Assembly (NCBI RefSeq): GCF_001194135.2
Contig: NC_068993.1
Location: forward strand, 44,017,216 to 44,066,786
Reading direction: 5' to 3'
Length of the DNA: 49,571 nucleotides
Source of the DNA: Octopus bimaculoides
Lineage: Eukaryota
Part shown: positions 38,237-49,552 of the stretch, in pieces
Layout: every line of letters begins with the position of its first letter
Numbering within the stretch: position 1 is the stretch's first letter
The notes under the pieces: model-generated
What the model was told of the DNA's origin: nothing
What the model saw: the letters and a program-made list of their open reading frames with translations, nothing else
Database searches by the model: none
Position numbers and translations under genes: made by a program

Positions 38237-39612
38237 GTAAGTATAAAAGTAAATTGTTGGTACCATGTTATGATAGTATTCAAAACACACATGTTCAGTT
38301 TTTGTTCATAGAGTAATGCGTATAAGAATTTCTAACACTGTCGTAGAAGTATTTTGATTATAAAAAGAATAATAATAAACTAATTGTATACAGTGCTCAG
38401 GTGCACTACAGCTCAGCAGAAAAAGAAAGAATGGGAGACAAAGTAGTTCGACCACAGTAACCCACCGTTAGTTATTTTGTTGATCCTAGAAGGATGAATG
38501 GTGAAGGCATGTGGCCTAGTGTTTAGGGTGTTACTCTCACGATCGCAAGATTACGGTTTCGATTTCCTGACCTGGCGGTACGTTGTATTCTTGAGAGGAG
38601 GACGTTGTAATCTCGGTCACTTACTCGCCTCGGAAACAGAAAATTAGCATTATAAGTCCTAAGACTCGAAGCAGTAAAAGTCAAGCGGTTTATGATGATG
38701 AAGATGAGGAGTGAAAGAGAAAGTTGAACTTTGTCCCAGAGTGGTTTCTAAATGAAATCAGGAACGATTATTTGTAAACTAAAGACAATAATGTTCTTAT
38801 CCACTAAACCGAGGCACCTAATGACTAACGATTGAAGACCAACTGTTCGAAACGCCATCTAGATATAAATAGACAGTCTGAACAAAGTTGAGATTTAGAT
38901 AACGCAAGGAATTCTAACATCAACTGTCCTTACAGAAGTATGTATCACTGAATGCCAACGACTTTCGTCGTACATTTACGAACAAGCCATTCCTAATGAA
39001 TTTCATTGTATCCGTTTGGATGTGCGGTGTTTTATTCACTCGTTTATTCAATCAAAACTATAATGTACCATACTATTTATTAATTCTCAATTTCTCACAG
39101 TGTAGTCCAGTATCGTGCTGTGTTATCTAATGGTGTAGATGTCTAGTGTAATGTTTTGGCTAACTTCTAACATTAACTCCGCCTTCTGAAATCAAGTAAC
39201 TTCCCACTGAATTATCGTAATGTTTCTGTATAAGTAAAATCATCTAATTTGCAACTGTATTTTACTTATTCACAAGATTATGACTAAATGGCTGTGGGTT
39301 GAACATTATGTAATATGCATTATATAATCGATATGATGATCATTGTTATCATCTATGGGTTCATACATGTTAATTGATTTGTCACTCACACATTATGGAA
39401 ATGTTTGCTAACCATAGAATAAATGTAATACCAGCAACTCCATTCTTCACTTGTAACATACGCATACGCATTTATTGATTGCAACCACTGTAAGCCATCA
39501 GTTAGATACGTATATAAAGATGTTAGGAATAGATACTGGAAGCGAAATAATGGCAATGAGGAGATAAATAAAACCAAGAGCTCACGTTCAAGAATACGGG
39601 AAGTCATCTGGT

Positions 39613-40428
39613 TTGCCTTCCCCTTTTTCTCTTAGAATAAGAAATTTGCCCAAGTTGTTTTTTAAGATTCTGAAGAAGAATTTCCCAAAGAATCATAAAT
39701 ACTACAGCATCTGCAATAAATCCTCCATTAAATTTTCTTACTCGGTTATGCCGAATTTGGCCTCCATTATTGCATCTATTAATAGAAGCAAATTAAATAG
39801 GCAAGTGCACTGGACGTATTCTTCTGTTGGAAACTCTGGTATTGGACCGGTTAGCTCTAATAAGCCTAAGGTTGGTGTTACAAACCATTTACTTTCACCG
39901 GCCTTATCGACCCCCTTTAATGAGATATGTGACGGGAAGAATGCAGTAAGCCAGATAAGTACTATAAGTTTTAGTAATAGGGATATGGGTGGTTCTGGTA
40001 AATCCTGTAATTGTAGAAACCCTAGGTTATGTCCATTTCACAGATTCTGTCTGGCTACAAACGTTATTTATAAATGCGTTGTTAAAGAGGAAGGTAATTT
40101 GGTTAGGTTTTACATTGGCAGTACTGTCAATTTTAAGGCAAGGTATAGGGCCCACATGAATTCGTTTTCGAACAAAAAATATTGTAACTCCACTACACTT
40201 GCCTATTATGTACATGGTTTAAAGAGGAATAACAAAAGTTACTCTCTTGAATGGTCTATTATCTCGATTAACAAGTGTAAGTTGTGTATAAGGGAATCTT
40301 TTGCCATCCTTAGGTCCTTTGGGCCTAAAACATTGAATAAATTTACAGAGGTGATCCTTTTCTGCAAACATAAATTATCTTCTACTTTTCTGAAAGTATA
40401 TAGAAGTAAAGCTAGATGTGGTAAATAG
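39613..40428 (+). pseudogene. PLE ORF remnant (271-codon open frame) with GIY-YIG endonuclease domain
   Basis: ORF track translation contains VIY-x13-YIG and the Cys-rich linker. The 5' RT is missing, with a frameshift at about 39612. Confidence 0.85.
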
Positions 40429-40602
40429 TATTTAGTTTGTTTACTGGGTTTTGAGACTGGATGGTAAAACTTCCTATGGTTAGCAGCCGCCTACATGTTT
40501 AGCGATAAAATATAATAATTTTTTTTTTAGTGTTAGAAAAATTTTGGACTAGTCCTGCCGTTTTGTAACTCTTGTGAACGACTAATTGTTGAGATTCCTG
40601 TT

Positions 40603-40690
40603 CATCCTGATGAGGAGGTCATTGTCGAGATGGATGCACTCTAACTCGTAATCGGACCGTGGCAATGAACTCTCGAAATGGCCATAGATG
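40603..40690 (+). ncRNA. Type I hammerhead ribozyme motif in the pseudo-LTR of a Penelope-like element
   Basis: CATC-CTGATGA(40607-13), then stem II (ggaggtcattgtc/ggcaatgaactctc, 12 pairs with one bulge and one mismatch), GAAA(40675-78), palindrome TGGCCA, TA, then GATG closing stem I. Predicted cleavage after 40686 (AUA). Confidence 0.8.
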
Positions 40691-41188
40691 TGTTTTGACT
40701 TGATTTTGTGGAATTCTCTTACGCTTCTTGGAATTTAACTTCCATGGTTTTATGAAACGAATTATATTGACATATTTTTAATTGAGGGGAGTAAAAACGT
40801 TTTTTTAGTCGATTGATACATTTTTAAGGTTTTTTAGTCGCCTGACACTCTTTAGTAATTCATTTTAATTATTTAATTTTAGTCGATTATATATGCCTTT
40901 TCTTGATAGGCCGTTCTATATATTTGTATTTTTATGTGCATATGTATTTTTACCTTCTGTGTTTTTATATGTTTCCCTTTATATGTTGTAAGATCATGGT
41001 AATGTCTATATATGATCAAATGTATGGAAGCGTGGTGTTATATAAAGTCGTTAACTCGAATTTGATGTTTGTTCTCTAATCAATGTGTTTTTTTTTCTCT
41101 CTGTCTCAATTTCATTTGATCACCTCTTTTTTGCAGTCCTATAAACCCTATTGTCTTCATAAAAAGAGGCAAAAATTATTTCTTGTGG

Positions 41189-41228
<40 letters not shown>

Positions 41229-42124
41229 NNNNNNNNNNNNNNNNNNNNNNNNNNNNNNNNNNNNNNNNNNNNNNNNNNNNNNNNNNNNNNNNNNNNNNNN
41301 NNNNNNNNNNNNNNNNNNNNNNNNNNNNNNNNNNNNNNNNNNNNNNNNNNNNNNNNNNNNNNNNNNNNNNNNNNNNNNNNNNNNNNNNNNNNNNNNNNNN
41401 NNNNNNNNNNNNNNNNNNNNNNNNNNNNNNNNNNNNNNNNNNNNNNNNNNNNNNNNNNNNNNNNNNNNNNNNNNNNNNNNNNNNNNNNNNNNNNNNNNNN
41501 NNNNNNNNNNNNNNNNNNNNNNNNNNNNNNNNNNNNNNNNNNNNNNNNNNNNNNNNNNNNNNNNNNNNNNNNNNNNNNNNNNNNNNNNNNNNNNNNNNNN
41601 NNNNNNNNNNNNNNNNNNNNNNNNNNNNNNNNNNNNNNNNNNNNNNNNNNNNNNNNNNNNNNNNNNNNNNNNNNTATATATATATATATATATCGGATTT
41701 ATCTGCGATCGTCAGCGGGAATCTTATTCCTGGTTGTGTATAAGTTACATGGTCTCAGATTGAATATGAACATGAATGAAAAACCATTATTTCTAAACTA
41801 TGAATAATAATGTTCTCATTGACAAAGCTCGGAATAAGACACCTGATGACTGATAATCAATCGAAAATCACACCGATCGAATCGTAGAATAGTCATGAAT
41901 ATTGAAATAAAATGTACATTTGAATTAATGTATCGGAAAATTACAAGATTTTGGCATCGTTAACCTTGTTATTGTTGTTTAGCACTAATGTCATATTTTG
42001 TTCGCTATGATCTTTCCATATATTAACGTAGAACCATGAGATTTATTTCTTTGTTTTATCTTCTATGAGATCTCTAGTGCTCACAACCTGGACTTTTCTT
42101 TTTTTCTGTTTTCTTTTTTTGCAG

Positions 42125-42286
42125 TCAAATGGTTACTCGCAGCCAGACTCTGCTATCATATCTTACCAAATTGATCCTAACGGCAAGGAGCATGCAAGAA
42201 AAGTGGACAAATACTCCAGAATTATATTTCCGCTGATATTTCTATTATTTTGCTTCATTTACTGGACATATTATCTAGGGGTATGA
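42125..42286 (+). CDS. Cys-loop channel terminal exon with M4: SNGY...ARKVDKYSRIIFPLIFLLFCFIYWTYYLGV*
   Basis: Strong polypyrimidine acceptor ending ttttttgcag, phase 0. DKYSRIIFP...YW is the standard M4 motif. TGA ends at 42286. Confidence 0.95.
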   Translation, partial: SNGYSQPDSAIISYQIDPNGKEHARKVDKYSRIIFPLIFLLFCFIYWTYYLGV

Positions 42287-42309
42287 TTGATGATTGATGA
42301 TTGATATGT

Positions 42310-42656
42310 CATGACAAGTGGCTGTTCGTTTGGTGTTTTTATCAAAGTAATTAAAATGGAGTGGGGTTAAAACGCTTTGGCGTCGCTTTTTAAGCTTCGC
42401 TAATTCGACGTTGACTTATTTGACATCAGACATGTTAATGTTTCTCCCGTTTTCATGTTTCCATCGTTCTCTTCCACCTCTTTTTTCTCTCTATTTATGT
42501 GTGAACATCAAGTTATGCTTGTATATATATATGTTTGCATGTGTGTGTGTGCGTTTGTCTCCAGGGCCAAAATGTACTGTCACTAAAAGAGCTTGAATGT
42601 CCATTCTGCTGTGCCAAATCATCAGCGTCCAAACAGTAGTGCCCTATCGTCTCATT
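42310..42656. mobile_element. MITE-like repeat just after the channel stop codon
   Basis: Similar to 32088-32481; left boundary uncertain. Confidence 0.5.
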
Positions 42657-43087
42657 CCATAAAATGGGTGGTTTAAGTCGGCTGAATCAAGTGTTAGATT
42701 TTAAAGCTGATAGAATGTGGTGAGATTAGCCTGAATGCGCAGAAGTGTGAGCGTTATGATAGAGTGAGGTGTGCAGTTGAATGAGGTGTAAAGTAAGCTG
42801 AGTCAACGAATGAAGTTAGCATTAAAGGTAAGCTGATTGGTAGGGTTAGGTGAGTGATAGAGATGTGAGTGAAAGGGTTAGTGGCAAAGTGAAGTAATGT
42901 GTACTAGAATGACCGGTTGTATGGGTGAGTGTCTGTGAGGTAAGTGTGTGGAACCCTCTGCAGTGATGTTGTAGGGAACTGAGCTACAGAAAAACAAAAA
43001 TGAGATAAATTGGAGCGTGTTATGATAAAATCAGGTAAGGTGAAGTGTGATATAGTAAAATGAGTGTAGTTAAGTGTGATATACTAA

Positions 43088-43195
<108 letters not shown>

Positions 43196-43823
43196 TGTTT
43201 ATATGGAGAGGGAGTTATATATATAAATAAGCAAATACATTAAAGTGGGGTGAAGCATGTTGTGGCAAATAAATTATGACAAAACGAGGTATGATAAATT
43301 AAGATAAAATACAATATGGGAAAATGGAGCTTTGAGGAAATGAAGTATAATAAATGGGGTATGAGCAAGGATGGTATAGTCAATAAGACATGGTACGGTG
43401 AGGTTATGGTAATGTGTGTATGGCATGATAGAATGGTACGGTATGTGAAATATGGTTATTGCGGTATAGTAAATTCTGGTTTAATATGGGAGGCATAATA
43501 ATGCGTAGTATGTTCATGAAATGAAATGCAGTGAAGTATGATATGGAATTACTATGATAAGATCTGGTGTAGAGAAATTGCTGTGCAAGCTGTGCCGTGT
43601 TATATTTTGCGGTATGATTTTAGTTCATAATTAGTTTCAGTCATTGCTCATTTATACAATTTATGAACTAATATTCATTGATTTCCGATAGTAAGATAGA
43701 AAAAAGAAAACAGGGAGGTAATCTCGGTATCGCATCAAAAGCAATATTTTAACAAAAATCAAGATTGCGATCAGTATTGTTATACCCTAATCCTATTTAA
43801 TGAAGGCAGAGTTACAGTAAAAT

Positions 43824-43857
<34 letters not shown>

Positions 43858-44286
43858 GAGCGCATACGCATACGCATGTGCACACCATTGTGCACACAAA
43901 TGCACACACACAGATACAAACATGCACGTGCACACACGTACAAACTCGTGTGCACGCTCACTCACATACAAGTATACTGACTGACTCACTCAAACATACA
44001 CATGCATACAAATATAGAGATACCGACTCACACATACACAGGCACCACGCACATTCTGATTCACTCACATACACATGCTCAAACACACATATTCACTCAT
44101 ACACAGAGGTAGATTAAATTTTAAATTTAATATGTANNNNNNNNNNNNNNNNNNNNNNNNNNNNNNNNNNNNNNNNNNNNNNNNNNNNNNNNNNNNNNNN
44201 NNNNNNNNNNNNNNNNNNNNNNNNNNNNNNNNNNNNNNNNNNNNNNNNNNNNNNNNNNNNNNNNNNNNNNNNNNNNNNNNNNNNNN

Positions 44287-44515
44287 CATTTAAGAAACAC
44301 ACAAAAACCGTTAGATTCACTTCAACATTTAAATTTAATTTGCCAAAATATTTTCGTCGCTTTGAGACCGTGATCTGTTCACTGACAAAATTCCGATGCA
44401 GCACGGAATTTTATCAGTCAACAGATCGCAGTTTCTTAAATGGCTTATAAACACCTTCCACGCTACAATTGTTTATATCTACATCAATAATCTTGCACAC
44501 GAAATACACATACGA
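44287..44515. mobile_element. Head-to-head pair of the same repeat: minus-strand copy 44287-44396 and internally deleted plus-strand copy from about 44397
   Basis: gatctgttcactgacaaaattccg-atgcagca-cggaattttatcagtcaacagatc forms an inverted repeat. The later gtttcttaaatg is the reverse complement of catttaagaaac at 44287. Confidence 0.6.
44339..44389 (-). ncRNA. Second, degenerate copy of the G3:C8 hammerhead motif
   Basis: Same core and stems I/III as 11692-11741. Two substitutions (ATCAC instead of GTCGC) disrupt stem II. Confidence 0.55.
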
Positions 44516-44714
44516 AATATATATATATATATACGAGGTAGATTTTAGAAGTTTTGAAACTGTTTTAGGAGAGGCAATCATAACTGTTCTAAATTATCAT
44601 AGTTTTAGACTATCATTGTTATACATCTAATTATGAAATAATTACAGTGTCTCATTATGACAGCAAGGGATCATGGAACAAAGAAAATAATCATCACCTT
44701 TTATCATTCTTTTT

Positions 44715-44858
44715 GTTTATTTCTCGTGTTCGTTTCTGCTGAACCGCGTAGGCTCGAAAAGTAAAAGACTTTCTCACCTTCCCGAGCGTCAAACTAATAC
44801 ACCTGCTTGTTGTTTATGCACGTGCCTTCGTCTTTTGTTTTTCTGTAAATTCCAACTA
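44715..44858 (+). mobile_element. Penelope-type pLTR-like repeat, degenerate hammerhead motif at 44731-44768
   Basis: Clear similarity to 49372-49552 and 12396-12597; runs into a (TA)n tract. Confidence 0.6.
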
Positions 44859-44873
44859 TATATACATATGTAT

Positions 44874-44906
<33 letters not shown>

Positions 44907-45735
44907 TATATACATACATACACACACATATATATATATATNNNNNNNNNNNNNNNNNNNNNNNNNNNNNNNNNNNNNNNNNNNNNNNNNNNNNNNNNNN
45001 NNNNNNNNNNNNNNNNNNNNNNNNNNNNNNNNNNNNNNNNNNNNNNNNNNNNNNNNNNNNNNNNNNNNNNNNNNNNNNNNNNNNNNNNNNNNNNNNNNNN
45101 NNNNNNNNNNNNNNNNNNNNNNNNNNNNNNNNNNNNNNNNNNNNNNNNNNNNNNNNNNNNNNNNNNNNNNNNNNNNNNNNNNNNNNNNNNNNNNNNNNNN
45201 NNNNNNNNNNNNNNNNNNNNNNNNNNNNNNNNNNNNNNNNNNNNNNNNNNNNNNNNNNNNNNNNNNNNNNNNNNNNNNNNNNNNNNNNNNNNNNNNNNNN
45301 NNNNNNNNNNNNNNNNNNNNNNNNNNNNNNNNNNNNNNNNNNNNNNNNNNNNNNNNNNNNNNNNNNNNNNNNNNNNNNNNNNNNNNNNNNNNNNNNNNNN
45401 NNNNNNNNNNNNNNNNNNNNNNNNNNNNNNNNNNNNNNNNNNNNNNNNNNNNNNNNNNNNNNNNNNNNNNNNNNNNNNNNNNNNNNNNNNNNNNNNNNNN
45501 NNNNNNNNNNNNNNNNNNNNNNNNNNNNNNNNNNNNNNNNNNNNNNNNNNNNNNNNNNNNNNNNNNNNNNNNNNNNNNNNNNNNNNNNNNNNNNNNNNNN
45601 NNNNNNNNNNNNNNNNNNNNNNNNNNNNNNNNNNNNNNNNNNNNNNNNNNNNNNNNNNNNNNNNNNNNNNNNNNNNNNNNNNNNNNNNNNNNNNNNNNNN
45701 ATATATAAATACATTGCATTATATATCCTGGATTG

Positions 45736-46632
45736 TATGCGGTCTGATCAATAAGTATCCGGACTGTTACCATAGTAACTAAGCTAAAGCACGCAGAGAA
45801 AAGCCGCTCGGCACAGATTGACCTTAAACTCTGTTGTGCATGCGCACTAAGTTTTAACGTTCTACCTTACATCCACTGTTTACAGCAGTGCTTGGAAGGA
45901 ATGTGTGTAGCGTGTGATCGTCGCATTGACCATGACAGAGAAAGTTGTCATGGTAACACCTGCTCAGAGGCCTACGCAAATTTGCAGAAAGTGTATGGAG
46001 AGGAGTGTATGAGCCACACGCAACTGTACGAGTGGTTCAGACGTTTTCAAGATGGGCGAAAAATGTTGATGTTGACGAGCGTCTGGGAAGCCCGCAGCCT
46101 GCAGAACTGAGAAAAACATCGCAGGTGTGCGTGCAGCTGTGAAGGGAAATCGTCGAATCACCATCTGTGAGTTAGCAGATCACGTGCAGATTAGTTACGG
46201 TTCAGTTCAGTGCACTATCACCAAAGATTTGGATGTGAGACGCGCGTCTGCCACGTTTGTGCCAAAACTGCTTTCAGCTGACCAAAAGGACATTCGGGTT
46301 TCAATTGCGCATGATCTCCTTGATTGTGTCGAGAACGATGAAAATTTTTTGAAAACTTTGCGTAGGCCTCTGAGCAGGTATCGTCAAGCTTTTAGTAAAA
46401 GTTGATGCAGATTCTCTGCTCAGCTTTCTCTCCCATGGTCAATGCAACGATCACACTCTACACACCTTCCTTTCAAGTACTGCTGTAAACAGCGGAAGTG
46501 AGCTAGACCGTTAAAATTTAGTGCGCGTGCATAGCAAAGTTCAAGGTTAATCTGTGTTAGGCGACTTCACTCGCCGTGCTTTAGCTTCGTTAGTATAGCA
46601 AAAATCCGGTTACTTATTGATCAGACCACGTA
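45736..46632 (+). mobile_element. Mariner-derived fold-back element (two left ends head to head) with 5' transposase remnant
   Basis: TA-flanked TIRs (tgcggtctgatcaataagtatccgga / tccggttacttattgatcagaccacg). Transposase N-terminal HTH: SEAYANLQKVYGEECMSHTQLYEWFRRFQDGR...RRITICELADHVQISYGSVQ...FVPKLLS. No DDD domain. 46357-46630 is an inverted copy of 45738-45980. Confidence 0.92.
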
Positions 46633-47019
46633 TGATCATCTATTCTGCTACTCTGCTGATATATATCCATTTTTTTTTCGCAAATTATAATTCTAATGCT
46701 TATTTATAATCATATTTCTCTGAATATTTTATCTTATGACTGATATGTTCCGTCCGAAGCTTTTTATATAATACATGCACCAGATACTTCTATCAATATA
46801 TCTCTGTGTGCATGTAAAGGTGAGTGTGTGTACATCACACACACATGGACATACATACACACAGACACACACACACAAACATACATACGCGCTCACACAC
46901 ACGTACACACACACACACATATATGTACATACATATCTTAAATGTATATTATATACTCATATACAAACATACATACACACATACTCAAACACATACATGC
47001 ATACATACATACATACATA

Positions 47020-47055
<36 letters not shown>

Positions 47056-47624
47056 TATAAACATATGCACATATATTTAAATATCACAGTTATTTGTAAA
47101 AATAAAATAAATACGAAAGACATTGTGTTATTCTTTAATTTAATGTTTGCTTATTTGTTTCTATATGCCTCTGCAAAAAAATAAATATGAATGGTGTCGA
47201 AATTTTGATGAGATTGGGTTGACAACTGCCGAACGTGTTGGCGTTTGTTTTTATTTCGTTTTACCCGCATACAATTGACTGCTCCGATTACACAAAACAG
47301 ACAACATGGAGGTAAAGGTAGATCTCTGCAGTCTAACCTCCCTGGCGCCTGCAAATAAAGCCGAGTATGCAAAATACGACCGGAAGCACGCTTTCAACAG
47401 TACTGTCAGTCCGAAGGTTTTTGAAACCCTGTAGTTATCGATCAAGGTTTATATTTGGTCAAACCTAAAACAGCACACATCTACTATAAGCAGCACAAAT
47501 TAACAAAAAATGTACAAGGGTCAATATGTTCGATTTAACCCTTCAAGGCGGTACCCCAGCAAGGCCGCAGGCCAATGCCTGGAACAGATAAAAGAAAAAC
47601 TTAAAGAATATTGCACATATCTGA

Positions 47625-47812
47625 GTGTCTGTGTTTGTCCATCGTTTGACAACCGATGTTGGTGTGCTTACAACCCCGTAACCTAGTAGTTCGGCAAAAG
47701 ATACCGATGGAATAAGTGCTAGGCTTACAAAGAATAAGTCCTGGATTCGATTTTTTCGACTAAAGGCGGTGCTCTAGCATGGCCGCAGTCAAAATGACAG
47801 AAACAAGTAAAA
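47625..47812 (+). mobile_element. 3' half of the 581-976 SINE family
   Basis: ttgacaaccgatgttggtgtg...ttcggcaaaagataccgat...aaggcggtgctctagcatggccgcagtc...gaaacaagtaaaag. Confidence 0.75.
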
Positions 47813-47814
47813 GG

Positions 47815-48008
47815 TCCGAAATTTTGGGGGAGGAGGTCAGTCGATTAGATCAACTCCAGTACGCAACTGGTACTTAATTTATCGACCCAGAAAGGACAAA
47901 AGGCAAAGTCGACCACGGTGAAATTTGAACTCAGAACATAAAGACAGACGAAATATCGCTAAGCATTTCGACCGACGTGCTAACGTTTCTGCCAGCTCGT
48001 CGTCTTGA
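47815..48008 (-). mobile_element. SINE, abundant family
   Basis: ttgaactcagaac...ctaagcatttcg...gtgctaacgtttctgccagctcg. Confidence 0.85.
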
Positions 48009-48664
48009 ATACTTGCATCTGTTACGAGTACTGTTTATGACATATACACAACAAGCTTTACATTGCGTTTAATGTTATATGTACAACATGGGTTTATTAT
48101 ATCATATAGAAAATATTCTATATATTATGTAAGGTAGTTTCCGTTATTAGATGTGCTATATCGCAAATATTTAAAAAATATTTTGATATATTATTTATTT
48201 CCTTTAGTAATTTAAAATATATATCGATACATTCTAATACAGTATATTATTTTAGAGGAGTATATTTACATCTAATATTTATTATGGGCCACACATTGAA
48301 TGAATACATGCTATATATCATGTTTATATTTGACAATTTATTTCATTCTTAGTTTATTATTTTCTCCTTTTTTTTCCTACAAATTAATTCACATATCCAT
48401 TTCATATTTATTTCATTTTCACTCCGCATGAATGGGTGGATGGACGGATGGATAAATGGTTGTATATAGATGTTTCTGTGAATATATGTTTCTGTGAATG
48501 TATGTTTCTGTTTGTGCCTTTATATGTATGCTTGTGTATATACCTGTATTTGTACACATGAGTATATACCGGTTCTTAGAGCTCTACAGTAATACACAAG
48601 CAAGAGTACGAATATGCTTGTTTATCTGTCTATCTACACACGCACGCACAAACACACACACACA

Positions 48665-48730
<66 letters not shown>

Positions 48731-49142
48731 AAGAAGTATGTTTATGCGTTTATATGTGTAGATATATACTGAGATAGATGTACTCCATGGGTGTGTTTAT
48801 AAAACTACAGGTAGGCATGTGAGCATAATTATGTGGCATATACATTGGTACATATATATTCCCATGTGTGTGTGTGAGAGAGTGCGTGTGTATAGCAGGA
48901 AATAAGTGGCTATGTCTATATGCGTGAGCGCATGCATCTATATACATATTGCTTGAACTAAATTCATTATGTGAATAACTATACATATATATGAATTGGA
49001 TCTGCATAAAATGACTTTTAATTATATATTTAAATGCGTATACATACATACATACATACATACATNNNNNNNNNNAGCATATCATAATACTTGTTAAGGT
49101 ATAATTATAAACAATTATAAATAATTGCAAAAGAAAAACAAA

Positions 49143-49360
49143 ATTCTATGCCAATATGCTGAAAAATAGACTTCAGATCGTCTAAGCATATACAATATTT
49201 TTCACTATAAATACACAGCGTGTTAAAACGAAGAAAGCAAGCTAACTGAAATTTGAAAAATTCATTAGCTTGCTTTCCTCGTTTCAACAATTTATAGTAA
49301 AAAATATTGTATGTGCTTAGACGATTTGAAGTCTATTTTTCAGCATATTGGCATAGATTC
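49143..49360. mobile_element. Near-perfect fold-back palindrome (MITE-like)
   Basis: Arms of about 100 bp (ttctatgccaatatgctgaaaaatagacttc...aagcaagctaa and its reverse complement) with few mismatches and a short insertion in the left arm. Confidence 0.75.
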
Positions 49361-49371
49361 TTTTTTATATA

Positions 49372-49552
49372 TTGCCAGCCACTACACATTCTTTATTTTC
49401 TCTCCGTGTTTCTTTCTGTGTTCCTTTCTGTGGAAGAGCGTAGGCTCGAAACGTTAAAAACTTTTTCACTTCCCGAGCGTTAAGCTAATAACATCTGTTT
49501 GTTGTCTATACCACCTGTCTTCGTCTTTTGTTTATCTGTGAATTCTCCCCAT
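49372..49552 (+). mobile_element. Penelope-type pLTR-like repeat
   Basis: Same family as 12396-12597, starting gccactacacattc; ends in (TA)n. Confidence 0.65.
49423..49460 (+). ncRNA. Minimal hammerhead-like motif (non-A at core position 6) in a Penelope-type pLTR repeat
   Basis: cttt-CTGTGGA-A-GAGC-gtag-GCTC-GAAA-CG-T-T-aaaa; palindromic ACGT helix III. Confidence 0.55.

Larger units (their letters stand above)
39430..41050 (+). mobile_element. Penelope-like element (PLE) 3' part: RT C-terminal region, GIY-YIG endonuclease and pLTR
   Basis: EVIWF, a frameshift, then PSPFS...FFKILKKNFPKNHKY...KFSYSVMPN, matching the PLE WFNPPFS...HFP...SYSCMPN region. Followed by CNCR..CP...CL..NVIYK...FYIGST..FKARYRAH..SF...NSTTL (GIY-YIG). 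Hammerhead motif lies downstream. Boundaries approximate. Confidence 0.88.

Noticed and set aside
38828-38862. gatTGAAGAccaactgttcGAAAcgccatc
   Set aside because: C3 missing, no stem II, and U16.1 is C; at best a decayed motif.
41695-41725. Minus-strand CTGACGA core half
   Set aside because: No GAAA or stems at the expected spacing.
41843-41885. CTGATGA...GAAA near the last intron end
   Set aside because: Weak 3-bp stem II and no stem I closure; chance match.
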